Shown here: positions 29,968-38,686 of the stretch, one piece after another
Position numbering within the stretch: position 1 is the stretch's first letter
How the letters are laid out: each line of letters starts with the position of its first letter
Source of the DNA: an uncultured Candidatus Rokubacteria bacterium
GTDB lineage: Bacteria > Methylomirabilota > Methylomirabilia > Rokubacteriales > DASRDR01
Length of the DNA stretch: 64,000 bases
Direction of reading: 5' to 3'
Assembly: GCA_963805625.1 (NCBI GenBank)
Contig: CAWDVE010000017.1
Coordinates: forward strand, 576,001 to 640,000
The notes under the pieces: model-generated
Seen by the model: the letters and a program-made list of their open reading frames with translations, nothing else
The model's database searches: none
Told to the model about the DNA's origin: nothing
Made by a program: the position numbers and the translations under genes

Positions 29968-30714
29968 ATGCTCGATCGCTTGCTGGAGACCCGTCGCACG
30001 CACCGGAAGGCGCCGCTGCCGTCACCGTCCATCGGGCTCGACGTGGCCTACCGCATCCAGGACGAGCTGCGGGAAACGCTCGTCGCCCGGGGGGAGCGGG
30101 TCATCGGCTGGAAAGCTGGGCTGACCGGCCGGATTGCCCAGGAGACCACGGGGATCCACCACCCCGTTTCCGGCTTCCTCCTCGGCGACGGCGTCTACGC
30201 GACGGGCGAGGCGGTGCCCATGTCGCGCTTCGCGGATCTGGCGGTGGAGGTCGAGACCGCCTTCGTGATGAAGCGGGACCTGACGGGGCCGGGCGTGACG
30301 CCGGCAGCGGCGCTGCTGGCGGTGGAGGGAGCGCTCCCCGCCCTCGAGCTGGTGGAGTTCCGCTGGGAGGGCAACCCCACGGGTGGCGACCTCATCGCGG
30401 ACGGCGTCGCCGGGAACGCGATCGTGCTGGGCCAGCCCCTGACGTCCGTGGTCGGCCTCGACCTCGCGCTCGAGGGAGTCGTCTTCGAGATGGGCGGGCG
30501 GGTCATGGCGACCAACACCGCTGCGGAGGTCCTGGGCAATCCCCTGAACTCGCTCGCCTGGCTCGCGAACCATCTCGGGGAGCGCGGACTGGGACTCCGC
30601 GCCGGCGACCTCGTGATGAGCGGGTCGATCTCCGCTCTCCTGCGACCGAAGGCGGGGGACGTGGTGACGGCGCGCTTCACGCGCCTGGGATCCGTGAGCG
30701 CGCGGTTCATTTGA
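29968..30714 (+). CDS. 2-keto-4-pentenoate hydratase-like (FAH family)
   Basis: AY.IQ, GWKAGLT, VEVE.AF, PALE, IADG, GNPL....WL, GD.VMSGS; AGGAGG RBS. Confidence 0.88.
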   Translation: MLDRLLETRRTHRKAPLPSPSIGLDVAYRIQDELRETLVARGERVIGWKAGLTGRIAQETTGIHHPVSGFLLGDGVYATGEAVPMSRFADLAVEVETAFVMKRDLTGPGVTPAAALLAVEGALPALELVEFRWEGNPTGGDLIADGVAGNAIVLGQPLTSVVGLDLALEGVVFEMGGRVMATNTAAEVLGNPLNSLAWLANHLGERGLGLRAGDLVMSGSISALLRPKAGDVVTARFTRLGSVSARFI

Positions 30715-30736
30715 TGATGGTATGGGTGAGGATGAC

Positions 30737-31582
30737 ATGAGCAAATTGCTGACGGTGGCGCAGATCGAGCAGTACCACCGGGACGGGATCGTCTTCCCGG
30801 TGCCGGTCCTGTCTCCGGGCGAGACCGCGCACTTCCGCGCGGCCTTTGAGGAGGTGGCCGCCCGGCTCGGCGGGAGACCCGTTGCCCAGGCGCTGGGCCA
30901 CACCCAGTCGTACTTCCGCTGGGCGTACGATCTCGCAACCCACCCCAGGATCCTCGATGCCGTCGAGGACGTTCTGGGGCCCAACCTCCTCGTGTGGACG
31001 GTCTCCATCTTCCCGAAGTACCCGCGCGATCCGGGGTACATCTCGTGGCATCAGGACGGCACCTACTGGGGGCTGGACTCGACCCGGGTGGTGACGGCGT
31101 GGGTCGCCCTCACCGACAGCACCCGTGACAACGGCTGCATGCGGGTGGTGCCGGGCTCGCACCGGCAGCCGATCCTGCCACACCGAGACACCTACGCCGC
31201 CGACAACCGCCTGAGCCGGGGCCAGGAGATCGAGGTGGAGGTGGCCGAGCAGGACGCGGTGGACGTGGTTCTGCGGGCCGGCGAGATGTCCCTCCACCAC
31301 GTCAACATCATCCACGGCTCGAACTCAAACCCGTCGGACGGCTCGCGGATCGGCTTCGCCCCCCGCTTCATGACTCCCGAGACCCGTCAGATCGACGGCG
31401 AGCCGCTCACCGCGGTGCTGGCGCGCGGGCGCGACAGCCACGGGCACTTCCAGCTGCTTCCGGGGCCGCCGGCGCTCGGCTTTGACGAGGCGCTGGCCGC
31501 CCAGCAGGCGGCGGCCGGTCAGTTCCTCACCGGGATTCGGAAGACGCGCGGGCACTACGCGGCGGGCACCGGCGGAGACTGA
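30737..31582 (+). CDS. Phytanoyl-CoA dioxygenase (PhyH) family oxygenase
   Basis: WHQD.TYW, TAWVAL, NGCM..VPGSH, GEMSLHH..IIHGS..N, R.G. Confidence 0.9.
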   Translation: MSKLLTVAQIEQYHRDGIVFPVPVLSPGETAHFRAAFEEVAARLGGRPVAQALGHTQSYFRWAYDLATHPRILDAVEDVLGPNLLVWTVSIFPKYPRDPGYISWHQDGTYWGLDSTRVVTAWVALTDSTRDNGCMRVVPGSHRQPILPHRDTYAADNRLSRGQEIEVEVAEQDAVDVVLRAGEMSLHHVNIIHGSNSNPSDGSRIGFAPRFMTPETRQIDGEPLTAVLARGRDSHGHFQLLPGPPALGFDEALAAQQAAAGQFLTGIRKTRGHYAAGTGGD

Positions 31583-31691
31583 CCGCGGCGCGGGGCCTGT
31601 ATACCCGAGTAGTGGAGCCGTCCGTGCCCACGCCTCTGGCGGGGCCGGGTTGGGCACGGGCGGATGGGGCAGCCCGTCAAGGCGGGTCGGG

Positions 31692-31815
31692 CTGCACAGT
31701 AGACTGTGCAGGAGTGCACTGTGGACTGTGCAGTCTTCGTAGGCTGCTGAATTTTCAGGCGCCAAGTCGTCGATGGCCCACCTGGGATCGCCGGCCTGCA
31801 CAGTGGATTGTGCAG
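31692..31815. promoter_or_regulatory. Three palindromic operator/UAS-like sites, consensus TGCACAGT-NN-ACTGTGCA
   Basis: CTGCACAGTAGACTGTGCAG 31692-31711, GTGCACTGTGGACTGTGCAG 31714-31733, CTGCACAGTGGATTGTGCAG 31796-31815. Confidence 0.75.
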
Positions 31816-31889
31816 AAGCTCCCCGCGCCTTGCCCCCTGCGCGACCTCCAACTGTCGATGACCACTGGCCTCGTCATTCAGGGCATGAC

Positions 31890-31905
31890 CGGCACGGGCC
31901 GTGCA
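31890..31905 (+). promoter_or_regulatory. Sigma-54 -24/-12 promoter
   Basis: CGGCAC-GGGCC-GTGCA, GG-N10-GC spacing, downstream of the palindromes. Confidence 0.55.
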
Positions 31906-32092
31906 CGAGAAAGCGTCCTTGGACTCCCCAACCCCAGCGGAGGTGAGGTTGCGCCCATGAGCCGGGATGGCTACAGCGATCCGCGTCGAGCTGGCAAGGG
32001 CCAGCGCCGGATGCGGAGGCGGAACGGTGGTGTGCACCCTGACGGCTGACGCCCGCGCTCCGGGCGCGCGCGGCACCTGATCGGAGAGGACG

Positions 32093-34132
32093 ATGGCGAC
32101 CACGCGCCGGCGCGCCGGACCCCCGCAGCAGCTCGACCGGGACCTTATGGAGCAGCTCCTCTTCGGGACGGGGCGGGCCCGGCGTTTCACGCAGGACTCG
32201 CCGGTGCTTCCCGACGTCTGGCTAGAGTACGCCAAGCAGCCGGCGGACGACGCTGGTCGCCGGCCGGGCGCAGCGGGGCGGCGGAATCGGCGACCGCCGG
32301 TCGAGCCTTTTCCGCCGGTCAAGCTGCTCCTGACGCCGTACCGCGAAATGGCGGCCGGCGAGGTGCGCCGGACGGTTCGTGAGCGCCTGCCCGTCGAGCG
32401 CCGGGCCGCGGCGTGGCGCTCCTTCGGCCACCCGCCGGAGCCGCTCCCCCGCGTCGTCTACAATCTGTCCACGGTCGCGGCCACGCTGCACTTCGAGGAC
32501 CTGATCCGTGTCGTGCTGCCGATGACCGAGTGGTGGCATCGCCTCACGCGGGACTGGACGGTCGACGACATCCAGGACAGGACCTCGCAGCGTTGGCTCG
32601 CGCAGGCGATCAAGGACCCGGAGCACCCGCCCGTCAGGTCGAGAGCGGAGAAGGTGAAGCAAAGGCTCCGGGTGCGCTCGGATCTTCTGTGGATGATCCG
32701 GGTGGTGGGTGCGCTGACGATCGTGCGAAGAGGGGGCCGGCTGCCGCGGGCCTTCACGGCGACGGAGGAGGGCGTCGCGGCGGCAACGGAGGCCGACTGG
32801 TTCCAGCTGGTCGTGGCCGTCGCCGAGCTGGTCCGGGACGTCACGCCAGAGCCGCGCGCCATGGTCTACTCGGTCAGCCTGAACCGCGAGGCGGCGCCGA
32901 CGGTGTCGCGGTCCACGCTGGCCATCAAGGCCGACGCTGCCCGGCGCCTCTTTGCCATCTCCTGCCGCGACCTGACGTGGGCGGTCATCGACAGCGGCAT
33001 CGACGCGCGTCACCCGGCCTTTCGCATCCGCGATCCCAAGAGCGACAAGGTGGTGAGCGAGAAGCCGTTCGTCGACGAGAAGGGCGATTCCGCCAACTGC
33101 ACACGCGTCGTCGAGACGTATGACTTCACGCAGATCGACCTCCTGCTCGACCCCGACTCCTCGGAGCTGCCCGTGGAGCTGAAGAAACGGCTGGAGGACG
33201 GCTCCCCGGCAGCCAAGAGGCTGAAGCAGCAACTGGAGGAGCTCTATGGCGCCCTGCGGCGCGGCCGCGCGATCGACTGGGGCCTCGTCGCGCCCTTCAT
33301 CCGCGTCCCGCACGTGGACGGAAAGTACAGACGCCCCGAGAACGATCACGGTACGCACGTGGCGGGGATCCTGGCCGGCGACTGGCGGAGGGCGGAGTCC
33401 GGCGGGCTGCTCGAGGACGACCTCATCGGCGTCTGCCCGGATCTCCGCCTGTACGACCTCCGCGTGCTCAACGAGGCCGGCCGGGGCGACGAGTTCGCCG
33501 TCATGGCCGCACTCCAGTTCGTTCGCTACCTGAACTCGGCGAACGAATACGTCGTCGTCCACGGGGCGAACCTGAGCCTCTCCATCCCCCATGAGATCTC
33601 GAACTACGCCTGCGGCCGCACGCCGGTGTGCGACGAGTGCGAGCGGGTGGTCTCCGCCGGGGTGGTGGTGGTAGCGGCGGCCGGCAACCAGGGTCGCCAG
33701 AGGTACACGACCGAGGCGGGCCGCGTCGCCGAGGCGTACCTCAGCATCAGCATCACCGATCCGGGTAACGCCGACCTGGTCATCACGGTAGGCGCCACGC
33801 ACCGCTACCGGCCGCACACCTACGGCGTCAGCTACTTCTCGAGCCGGGGACCGACCGGTGACGGCCGGATCAAGCCAGATCTGGTCGCTCCCGGAGAGAA
33901 GATCACGGCGCCGGTTCCGGAGGGCGCCTTTGGTCTCAAGGACGGCACCAGCATGGCCGCGCCCCACGTGAGCGGCGCGGCGGCGCTCCTGATGGCCCGG
34001 CACAATGAGCTGGTCGGGCGTCCGGCGCGCCTCAAGCAGATCCTCTGCTCGACGGCGACCGACCTTGGCCGCGAGCGCTACTTCCAGGGCGCGGGGATGC
34101 TCGACGTGCTGCGCGCCCTGCAGTCGGTCTGA
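32093..34132 (+). CDS. Cytoplasmic S8 (subtilisin-like) serine peptidase with ~280-aa N-terminal extension
   Basis: Triad motifs AVIDSGID, DHGTHVAGI, GTSMAAPHVSG; AAAGN; SSRGP..DGRIKPDLVAPG; no signal peptide. Confidence 0.92.
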   Translation: MATTRRRAGPPQQLDRDLMEQLLFGTGRARRFTQDSPVLPDVWLEYAKQPADDAGRRPGAAGRRNRRPPVEPFPPVKLLLTPYREMAAGEVRRTVRERLPVERRAAAWRSFGHPPEPLPRVVYNLSTVAATLHFEDLIRVVLPMTEWWHRLTRDWTVDDIQDRTSQRWLAQAIKDPEHPPVRSRAEKVKQRLRVRSDLLWMIRVVGALTIVRRGGRLPRAFTATEEGVAAATEADWFQLVVAVAELVRDVTPEPRAMVYSVSLNREAAPTVSRSTLAIKADAARRLFAISCRDLTWAVIDSGIDARHPAFRIRDPKSDKVVSEKPFVDEKGDSANCTRVVETYDFTQIDLLLDPDSSELPVELKKRLEDGSPAAKRLKQQLEELYGALRRGRAIDWGLVAPFIRVPHVDGKYRRPENDHGTHVAGILAGDWRRAESGGLLEDDLIGVCPDLRLYDLRVLNEAGRGDEFAVMAALQFVRYLNSANEYVVVHGANLSLSIPHEISNYACGRTPVCDECERVVSAGVVVVAAAGNQGRQRYTTEAGRVAEAYLSISITDPGNADLVITVGATHRYRPHTYGVSYFSSRGPTGDGRIKPDLVAPGEKITAPVPEGAFGLKDGTSMAAPHVSGAAALLMARHNELVGRPARLKQILCSTATDLGRERYFQGAGMLDVLRALQSV

Positions 34133-34200
34133 CCGGAGGCGCCCGCGGCGCGCCGGCCGCGACGGCCGGAGGCCGCGGGTCTGCCCGAGCGGAGGCGCCG

Positions 34201-35352
34201 ATGCTCGTGCTCGAAGCACTGCGCGCCAGGTTTGGCGATGCGCTCATTCTCCACTCCGGCAGCAAAGCGAAGCCCCAGCTCACCGTCATCGACGGCGGGC
34301 CGCCGGGGGTCTACGGCGACGCCCTGCGGCCGAGACTGGAGGCCATTCGCGCCGAGCGAGAGCTCGACGCCAGGATACCGCTGGCCATCGAGCTGATGAT
34401 GGTCAGCCACATCGACGACGACCACGTGTCCGGTCTCCTCGAGCTGGCGGAGAAGCTCAACGACCGGCGCGAGAGCGGCCAGCCCTTGCCCTGGAAGATC
34501 CGCCGGTTCTGGCACAACTCGTTCGACGACATCCTGGACAACGACGATCTCCAGGTCGGCGGCAGCGCGTCGATGATGAACACGGCATCGCTCGGGGACT
34601 TCCTGGCGCCCGAGGGGTCGCTGATCCTGGCCAGCGTCAAGCAGGGGCGCGAGCTCCGGAAGCTCCTCGACGCGCTGACCCTCGGCGGCAATCCGCCCTT
34701 CAAGGGCCTCGTCCTGACCGATGGCGCGGCGAAGGCCGTGACCGTGGGCGACCTCAGGATCACGGTGGTCGCGCCCCGCAAGGCCGAGCTCGCGGAGCTG
34801 CAGAAGAAGTGGAACAAGGAGATCAAGCCGCTCCTGAAGAAGGCGCGGAGCCGGGAGCGGCTGGTTGAGGTTGCCGCCTACGTCGACAAGTCGGTGCACA
34901 ACCTGTCCAGCATCGTCGTCCTCGTGGAGTCGCAGGGGAAGCGCATCCTCCTGACGGGCGATGGCCGCGGCGACCACACGCTCGAGGGCTTGAAGGCGGC
35001 GAAGCTCTTGAAGAGCGGCAAGCTTCGCGTCGACGTGCTGAAGGTCCCGCACCACGGTAGCGAGCGGAACGTGGCCGCGGACTACTTCGAAACGATCATC
35101 GCGAAGCACTACGTCGTCTCCGCCGACGGGAAGTTCGACAATCCCGACGTCGGCACGCTGAAGATGATCTCCGCCGCCCGCCCCGACGACGACTTCACGA
35201 TCCACCTGACCTACCCGCTGGACGAGTTCAACGTGGCGAAGATCGGGCAGCAGGTCGGGAAGTTCTTTGCCGCGGAACGGAAGGCCGGCCGCGCCTACAA
35301 GGTGGTGACGCGCCCGTCCGGGGAGCTGGCGGTCCGGGTCGCCCTCGCCTAG
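34201..35352 (+). CDS. MBL-fold metallo-hydrolase (ComEC/Rec2/Avs1a-like)
   Basis: GDALIL, IDGG, SHIDDDH..G, N.SSIV, LLTGD, LKVPHHGS..N; GGAGG RBS. Confidence 0.88.
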   Translation: MLVLEALRARFGDALILHSGSKAKPQLTVIDGGPPGVYGDALRPRLEAIRAERELDARIPLAIELMMVSHIDDDHVSGLLELAEKLNDRRESGQPLPWKIRRFWHNSFDDILDNDDLQVGGSASMMNTASLGDFLAPEGSLILASVKQGRELRKLLDALTLGGNPPFKGLVLTDGAAKAVTVGDLRITVVAPRKAELAELQKKWNKEIKPLLKKARSRERLVEVAAYVDKSVHNLSSIVVLVESQGKRILLTGDGRGDHTLEGLKAAKLLKSGKLRVDVLKVPHHGSERNVAADYFETIIAKHYVVSADGKFDNPDVGTLKMISAARPDDDFTIHLTYPLDEFNVAKIGQQVGKFFAAERKAGRAYKVVTRPSGELAVRVALA

Positions 35353-35770
35353 CCCCTGCGTGCGGCGGGGCGCGCGGGTTTCGCGCGCTGGCGGCTCGAC
35401 CGTTCGGCCGAGGCCGCGGCGGTGGGGATCACCGTGAAGCCGAGCACTCGCATGAGCGCCTCGGTGGGGTTGGCGGGCGGGCGCCGGCGGTCGCTCTGCC
35501 GGCGGTTCTGTTCCACCGTGCGAGCCGCGCGGCGTCGCTCCTCGACCCGCCGGTCCAGGATGACGCGCCCGCGGCCCGAGGATTCCTGGCGGGGCTCGAG
35601 ATACTGGGCGAGATCCGCCATGGCGCGGCTGACGATCACGAGGTCGCGAGCCGCCGGGCCCAGTCGGGCTCGGACAGCCGACTTCTTGACGGGGGCCCGG
35701 CGTTTCCCGACGGTGCGAGGTTCCACGGCTGCACCGGGTCCCGCGGTGCCCCGACGGAGCGTGCGTTTCA
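35349..35770 (-). CDS. Small basic protein with repeated (D/E)RR..xR motifs
   Basis: LVIVSR...L..YL...VILDRRVEERRR...NRRQSDRRR...LGFTVI. Confidence 0.6.
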
Positions 35771-35965
35771 TCTTAGCTTCGAGGATGCCAAAGGAGGCTC
35801 CGAGCACCAAGCCTTATCGGCCGGATCGCCTCCGGACGGCGGGGCGCCTCGCGCCCGCGACGCCAGCAGGCGAGCAGCGAGCGTGGGTCGCCGGGGCCGC
35901 AGCACCATGATGCGGCGGGCGGTCTATCCGGGCGAGCGTCGGCCGAGAGACGCTGGTTTTCCGCG

Positions 35966-36006
35966 TTGCACAGTCCACAGGGCACCCCGCACCGTGCACA
36001 GTGCAG
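35966..36006. promoter_or_regulatory. Second tandem pair of the TGCAC-N8-GTGCA-like palindrome, inverted relative to 31692-31733
   Basis: Reverse complement reads CTGCACTGTGCACGGTGCGG-G-GTGCCCTGTGGACTGTGCAA. Confidence 0.65.
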
Positions 36007-36152
36007 GGAAGCTAAGAGCCCGCCGAATAACGTCTCCCGGGCTCGACCCGCCGAGGAATCGGCCTGACCTGCACCCTAGACCGGGCAAGGGCTGCTCCGG
36101 CAGGCCCTGCCTAACCCCGCGTTCCGGCGGCCCTGGGTTCGGCCCGGTGCCG

Positions 36153-36168
36153 TGGCATTCGTGTTGCT
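36153..36168 (+). promoter_or_regulatory. Sigma-54 promoter
   Basis: TGGCAT-TCGTG-TTGCT. Confidence 0.7.
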
Positions 36169-36189
36169 CTGTCGATCGCGGCCCGCGTC

Positions 36190-36730
36190 GTTCGCGAGTG
36201 GCGGCAGGGAGATGCTGGGGCGCTGCCGTTTCCGGACGCGTCGTTCGACCGGGTCCTGTGCCAGATGGCGCTCATGTTCTTTCCTGACCGGCTCGGGGCG
36301 CTCCGGGAGATGAGGCGGGTCACACCGCACCCCGCGCCACCGTGGCCCTTCTTGTTCCCGGACGTCTGGCCGCGCGCAGCCGGCGTACGGGCCGTTCGTC
36401 GAGATGGCGACGCATCACGCCGGGCCCGACGCGGCCTCGCTCCTGAGCACGTACTTCGCCTGCGGCGAGCTCGCCGGGCTCACGGCTCTCGTCGAGGCGG
36501 CCGGGCTACACGTCACGGAGACGCGGACCCGCCTCGGCCGCGCTCGGTTCGGCTCGGTCGACGCGTTCGTGGCCGCCGAGGTGGAGAGCACCCCGCTGAT
36601 CGGTCGTATCAGCGGGGACGTCTACGGGCGGATCCGGGAGGGTGCCCGCGAGGTGCTGCGGCCATTCACGACTCCGACGGGCCGCGTCGAGATTCCCCTC
36701 GAAGGACACCTCGTCGCCGCCCGGCCCTGA
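36190..36730 (+). pseudogene. Class I SAM methyltransferase remnant (5' deleted, frameshifted)
   Basis: EWRQGDAGALPFPDASFDRVLCQMALMFFPDR..ALREMRRV, then the C-terminus in another frame (36404-36730); motif I missing. Confidence 0.7.
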
Positions 36731-36862
36731 CCGGCCCGGCGATCCCGATCCCGGCTGGACGACAGGCCGGCCAGCATCGGCAGGACGAGCTCGACCGGGT
36801 CACCAGGGCTCGGTCGGACGGACGGAGTCGGAGGGAGCCGGGCGAGGCCCCGACCGTCCCGC

Positions 36863-37942
36863 TCAGGGGTCCGTGGTGTCCGGCGCCCGCGATTCCTCGG
36901 CGAAGCGGAGGAGAGCGATGGCGAGCGCAACGATCACGGGACCCAGGAACATGCCGATCGCCCCGAAGGCCGCGAGCCCGCCCACGAGCCCGACGAAGAC
37001 GGCAAGGGTCGGGAGCCCGGCACGACCCGAGACGACGAGCGGCCTGATGACGTTGTCGACGGAGGTGACCAGGCCGAGCGACCAGACGGCCAGGAAGAGC
37101 GCGGCCCAGGCCCGTCCCTGAGCGAGCAGCACGAGGACCCCCGGGACCCACACCAGGGCGGTGCCGACCAGCGGGACGGCTGACGCCAGGGCCGTGAGTA
37201 CCCCGAAGACGACCGGGGAGGGCAGGCCGACGACCGCGAAGCCGATTCCCAGGAGCGCGCCCTGCGTCACCGCCGTCAAGAGCATGCCCAGGACGAGCGC
37301 CCGGGTGACGGAGGACAGGTGGTCGAGGAGCGTGGCCTTCCGGTCTTCCGCCATCGGCACCAAGCGCATCGCCCGGCGCATCAGCTCCTCCCCGTCGCGG
37401 AGGAGGAAGAAGAGCAGGAAGAGCATGAGGGCGAGCCCGGCCACCGCGCCGAGCGCGCTGGCCAGTGCGGCTCCGCTCACCCCCATCAGGGTCAGGAGGA
37501 GGCTGCGGCCGTTCTGGACCAGCCAGATCTGGACCTGATCCGCGGTGAGGGGCACGTAGTTCCCGAGCCATCCGAACGCCCGCTCGGCGACCGGGATTCG
37601 CAAGAGATCGCTCATCTGCGCGACATGATGGCGCTCGGCGATCTCCTGGATGCGAGCGACGAGGTCACCCGCCTGGGTGGCGAAGGCCACCGCGATCAGG
37701 GCTCCCGGCCCCAGGATGAGGACGAGCCCGGCGAGCGTCAGCAGGAGCGCGGCCAGTCCTCGCCGCCCCCGCAGCGCACGGGTGAGCCTCTCGTTCAGGG
37801 GGTAGAGAAGGAAGGCGAGGAGAAACGCCCAGACGAACGACCCCGCGAAGGGCAGGGCCATGAGCACCAAGGCGTAGCCGAGAAGGGTCGCGGCGACAAG
37901 GGTGAAGACCTTGGGATAGAAGCCCCCGTCGGAGCGATTCAC
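36863..37942 (-). CDS. AI-2E family transporter
   Basis: LFFLLRDG, QG.L.GIGF, P.VGTALVWVP, DNVIRP, GG..AFG.IG.FLGP. Confidence 0.9.
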   Translation of the reverse strand: MNRSDGGFYPKVFTLVAATLLGYALVLMALPFAGSFVWAFLLAFLLYPLNERLTRALRGRRGLAALLLTLAGLVLILGPGALIAVAFATQAGDLVARIQEIAERHHVAQMSDLLRIPVAERAFGWLGNYVPLTADQVQIWLVQNGRSLLLTLMGVSGAALASALGAVAGLALMLFLLFFLLRDGEELMRRAMRLVPMAEDRKATLLDHLSSVTRALVLGMLLTAVTQGALLGIGFAVVGLPSPVVFGVLTALASAVPLVGTALVWVPGVLVLLAQGRAWAALFLAVWSLGLVTSVDNVIRPLVVSGRAGLPTLAVFVGLVGGLAAFGAIGMFLGPVIVALAIALLRFAEESRAPDTTDP

Positions 37943-38121
37943 GATGTCTCCCTTCCGGGAGGGCGTCCCGGCGAAGGTCAGGAGGCGATCACGACGATAC
38001 TACAGGCATAGTATGAATCGGGAGCGGGATGCGGGAGCGCGGGTCGTGGGGGGTGCCCCAGCGGGAGTCCCCCCGAGCGGCCGAGTGGCCGCGCCGCACC
38101 GGACACGGGGAGGGACGCACG

Positions 38122-38595
38122 ATGAGCAAGGGCAAGGCGAAGCCGACTCCCGAGGGGTACCACACCGCGACCCCATACTTGATCGTGGACGGTGCGGCGA
38201 AAGCCCTGGACTTCTACAGGCGGGTCTTCGGTGCCACCGAGCGCATGCGGATGCCGGGCTCCGGCGGCAAGGTGGGCCACGCCGAGATCAACATCGGCGA
38301 CTCGGTGATCATGCTCGTCGACGAGCATCCGGAGATGGGAGCGCGCGGGCCCCGGGCATACGGCGGCGTGGCCGTGAGCCTCCACCTGTACGTCCCGGAC
38401 GTGGACGCGACGGTGAAGAAGGCGGTGGCGGCGGGAGCCACGCTTCTCCGACCCGTGGAGGACAAGTTCTACGGCGACCGGATGGGCACCATCGAGGATC
38501 CCCTCGGACACCCCTGGCACGTCTCCCCTCACCAGGAGGACGTGCCGCCTGAAGAGACGGCGCGCCGGGCCGCCACCCTGACCAAGCCCGGTTAG
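38122..38595 (+). CDS. VOC/glyoxalase (PhnB-like) protein
   Basis: PEGYHT.TPYL, A.DFY...FGA, HAE..IGDS, FYGDR.G...DP.GH.W. Confidence 0.9.
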   Translation: MSKGKAKPTPEGYHTATPYLIVDGAAKALDFYRRVFGATERMRMPGSGGKVGHAEINIGDSVIMLVDEHPEMGARGPRAYGGVAVSLHLYVPDVDATVKKAVAAGATLLRPVEDKFYGDRMGTIEDPLGHPWHVSPHQEDVPPEETARRAATLTKPG

Positions 38596-38686
38596 TCGCG
38601 GCCGAGCCCGATGAGGGGGCGAGATCAGGGGTGAGGACGCCGTGCCCTGTTCACCCGAGGTGGCCGGGCCGCCAGCGAGCCCGTTG

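Noticed and set aside
31692-31815. Palindromic repeats as a CRISPR array
   Set aside because: Only three 20-bp copies with irregular spacing (2 and 62 bp) and no cas genes.
31967-32080. Lanthipeptide-like ORF (…SAGCGGGTVVCTLT…) next to an S8 protease
   Set aside because: No LanM/LanB/LanC or transporter nearby, poor RBS spacing, and the protease lacks LanP export features.
31692-36006. Transposon bounded by the inverted repeats
   Set aside because: No transposase or recombinase and no evident target-site duplication. The position relative to sigma-54 promoters fits enhancers better; kept only as an alternative.
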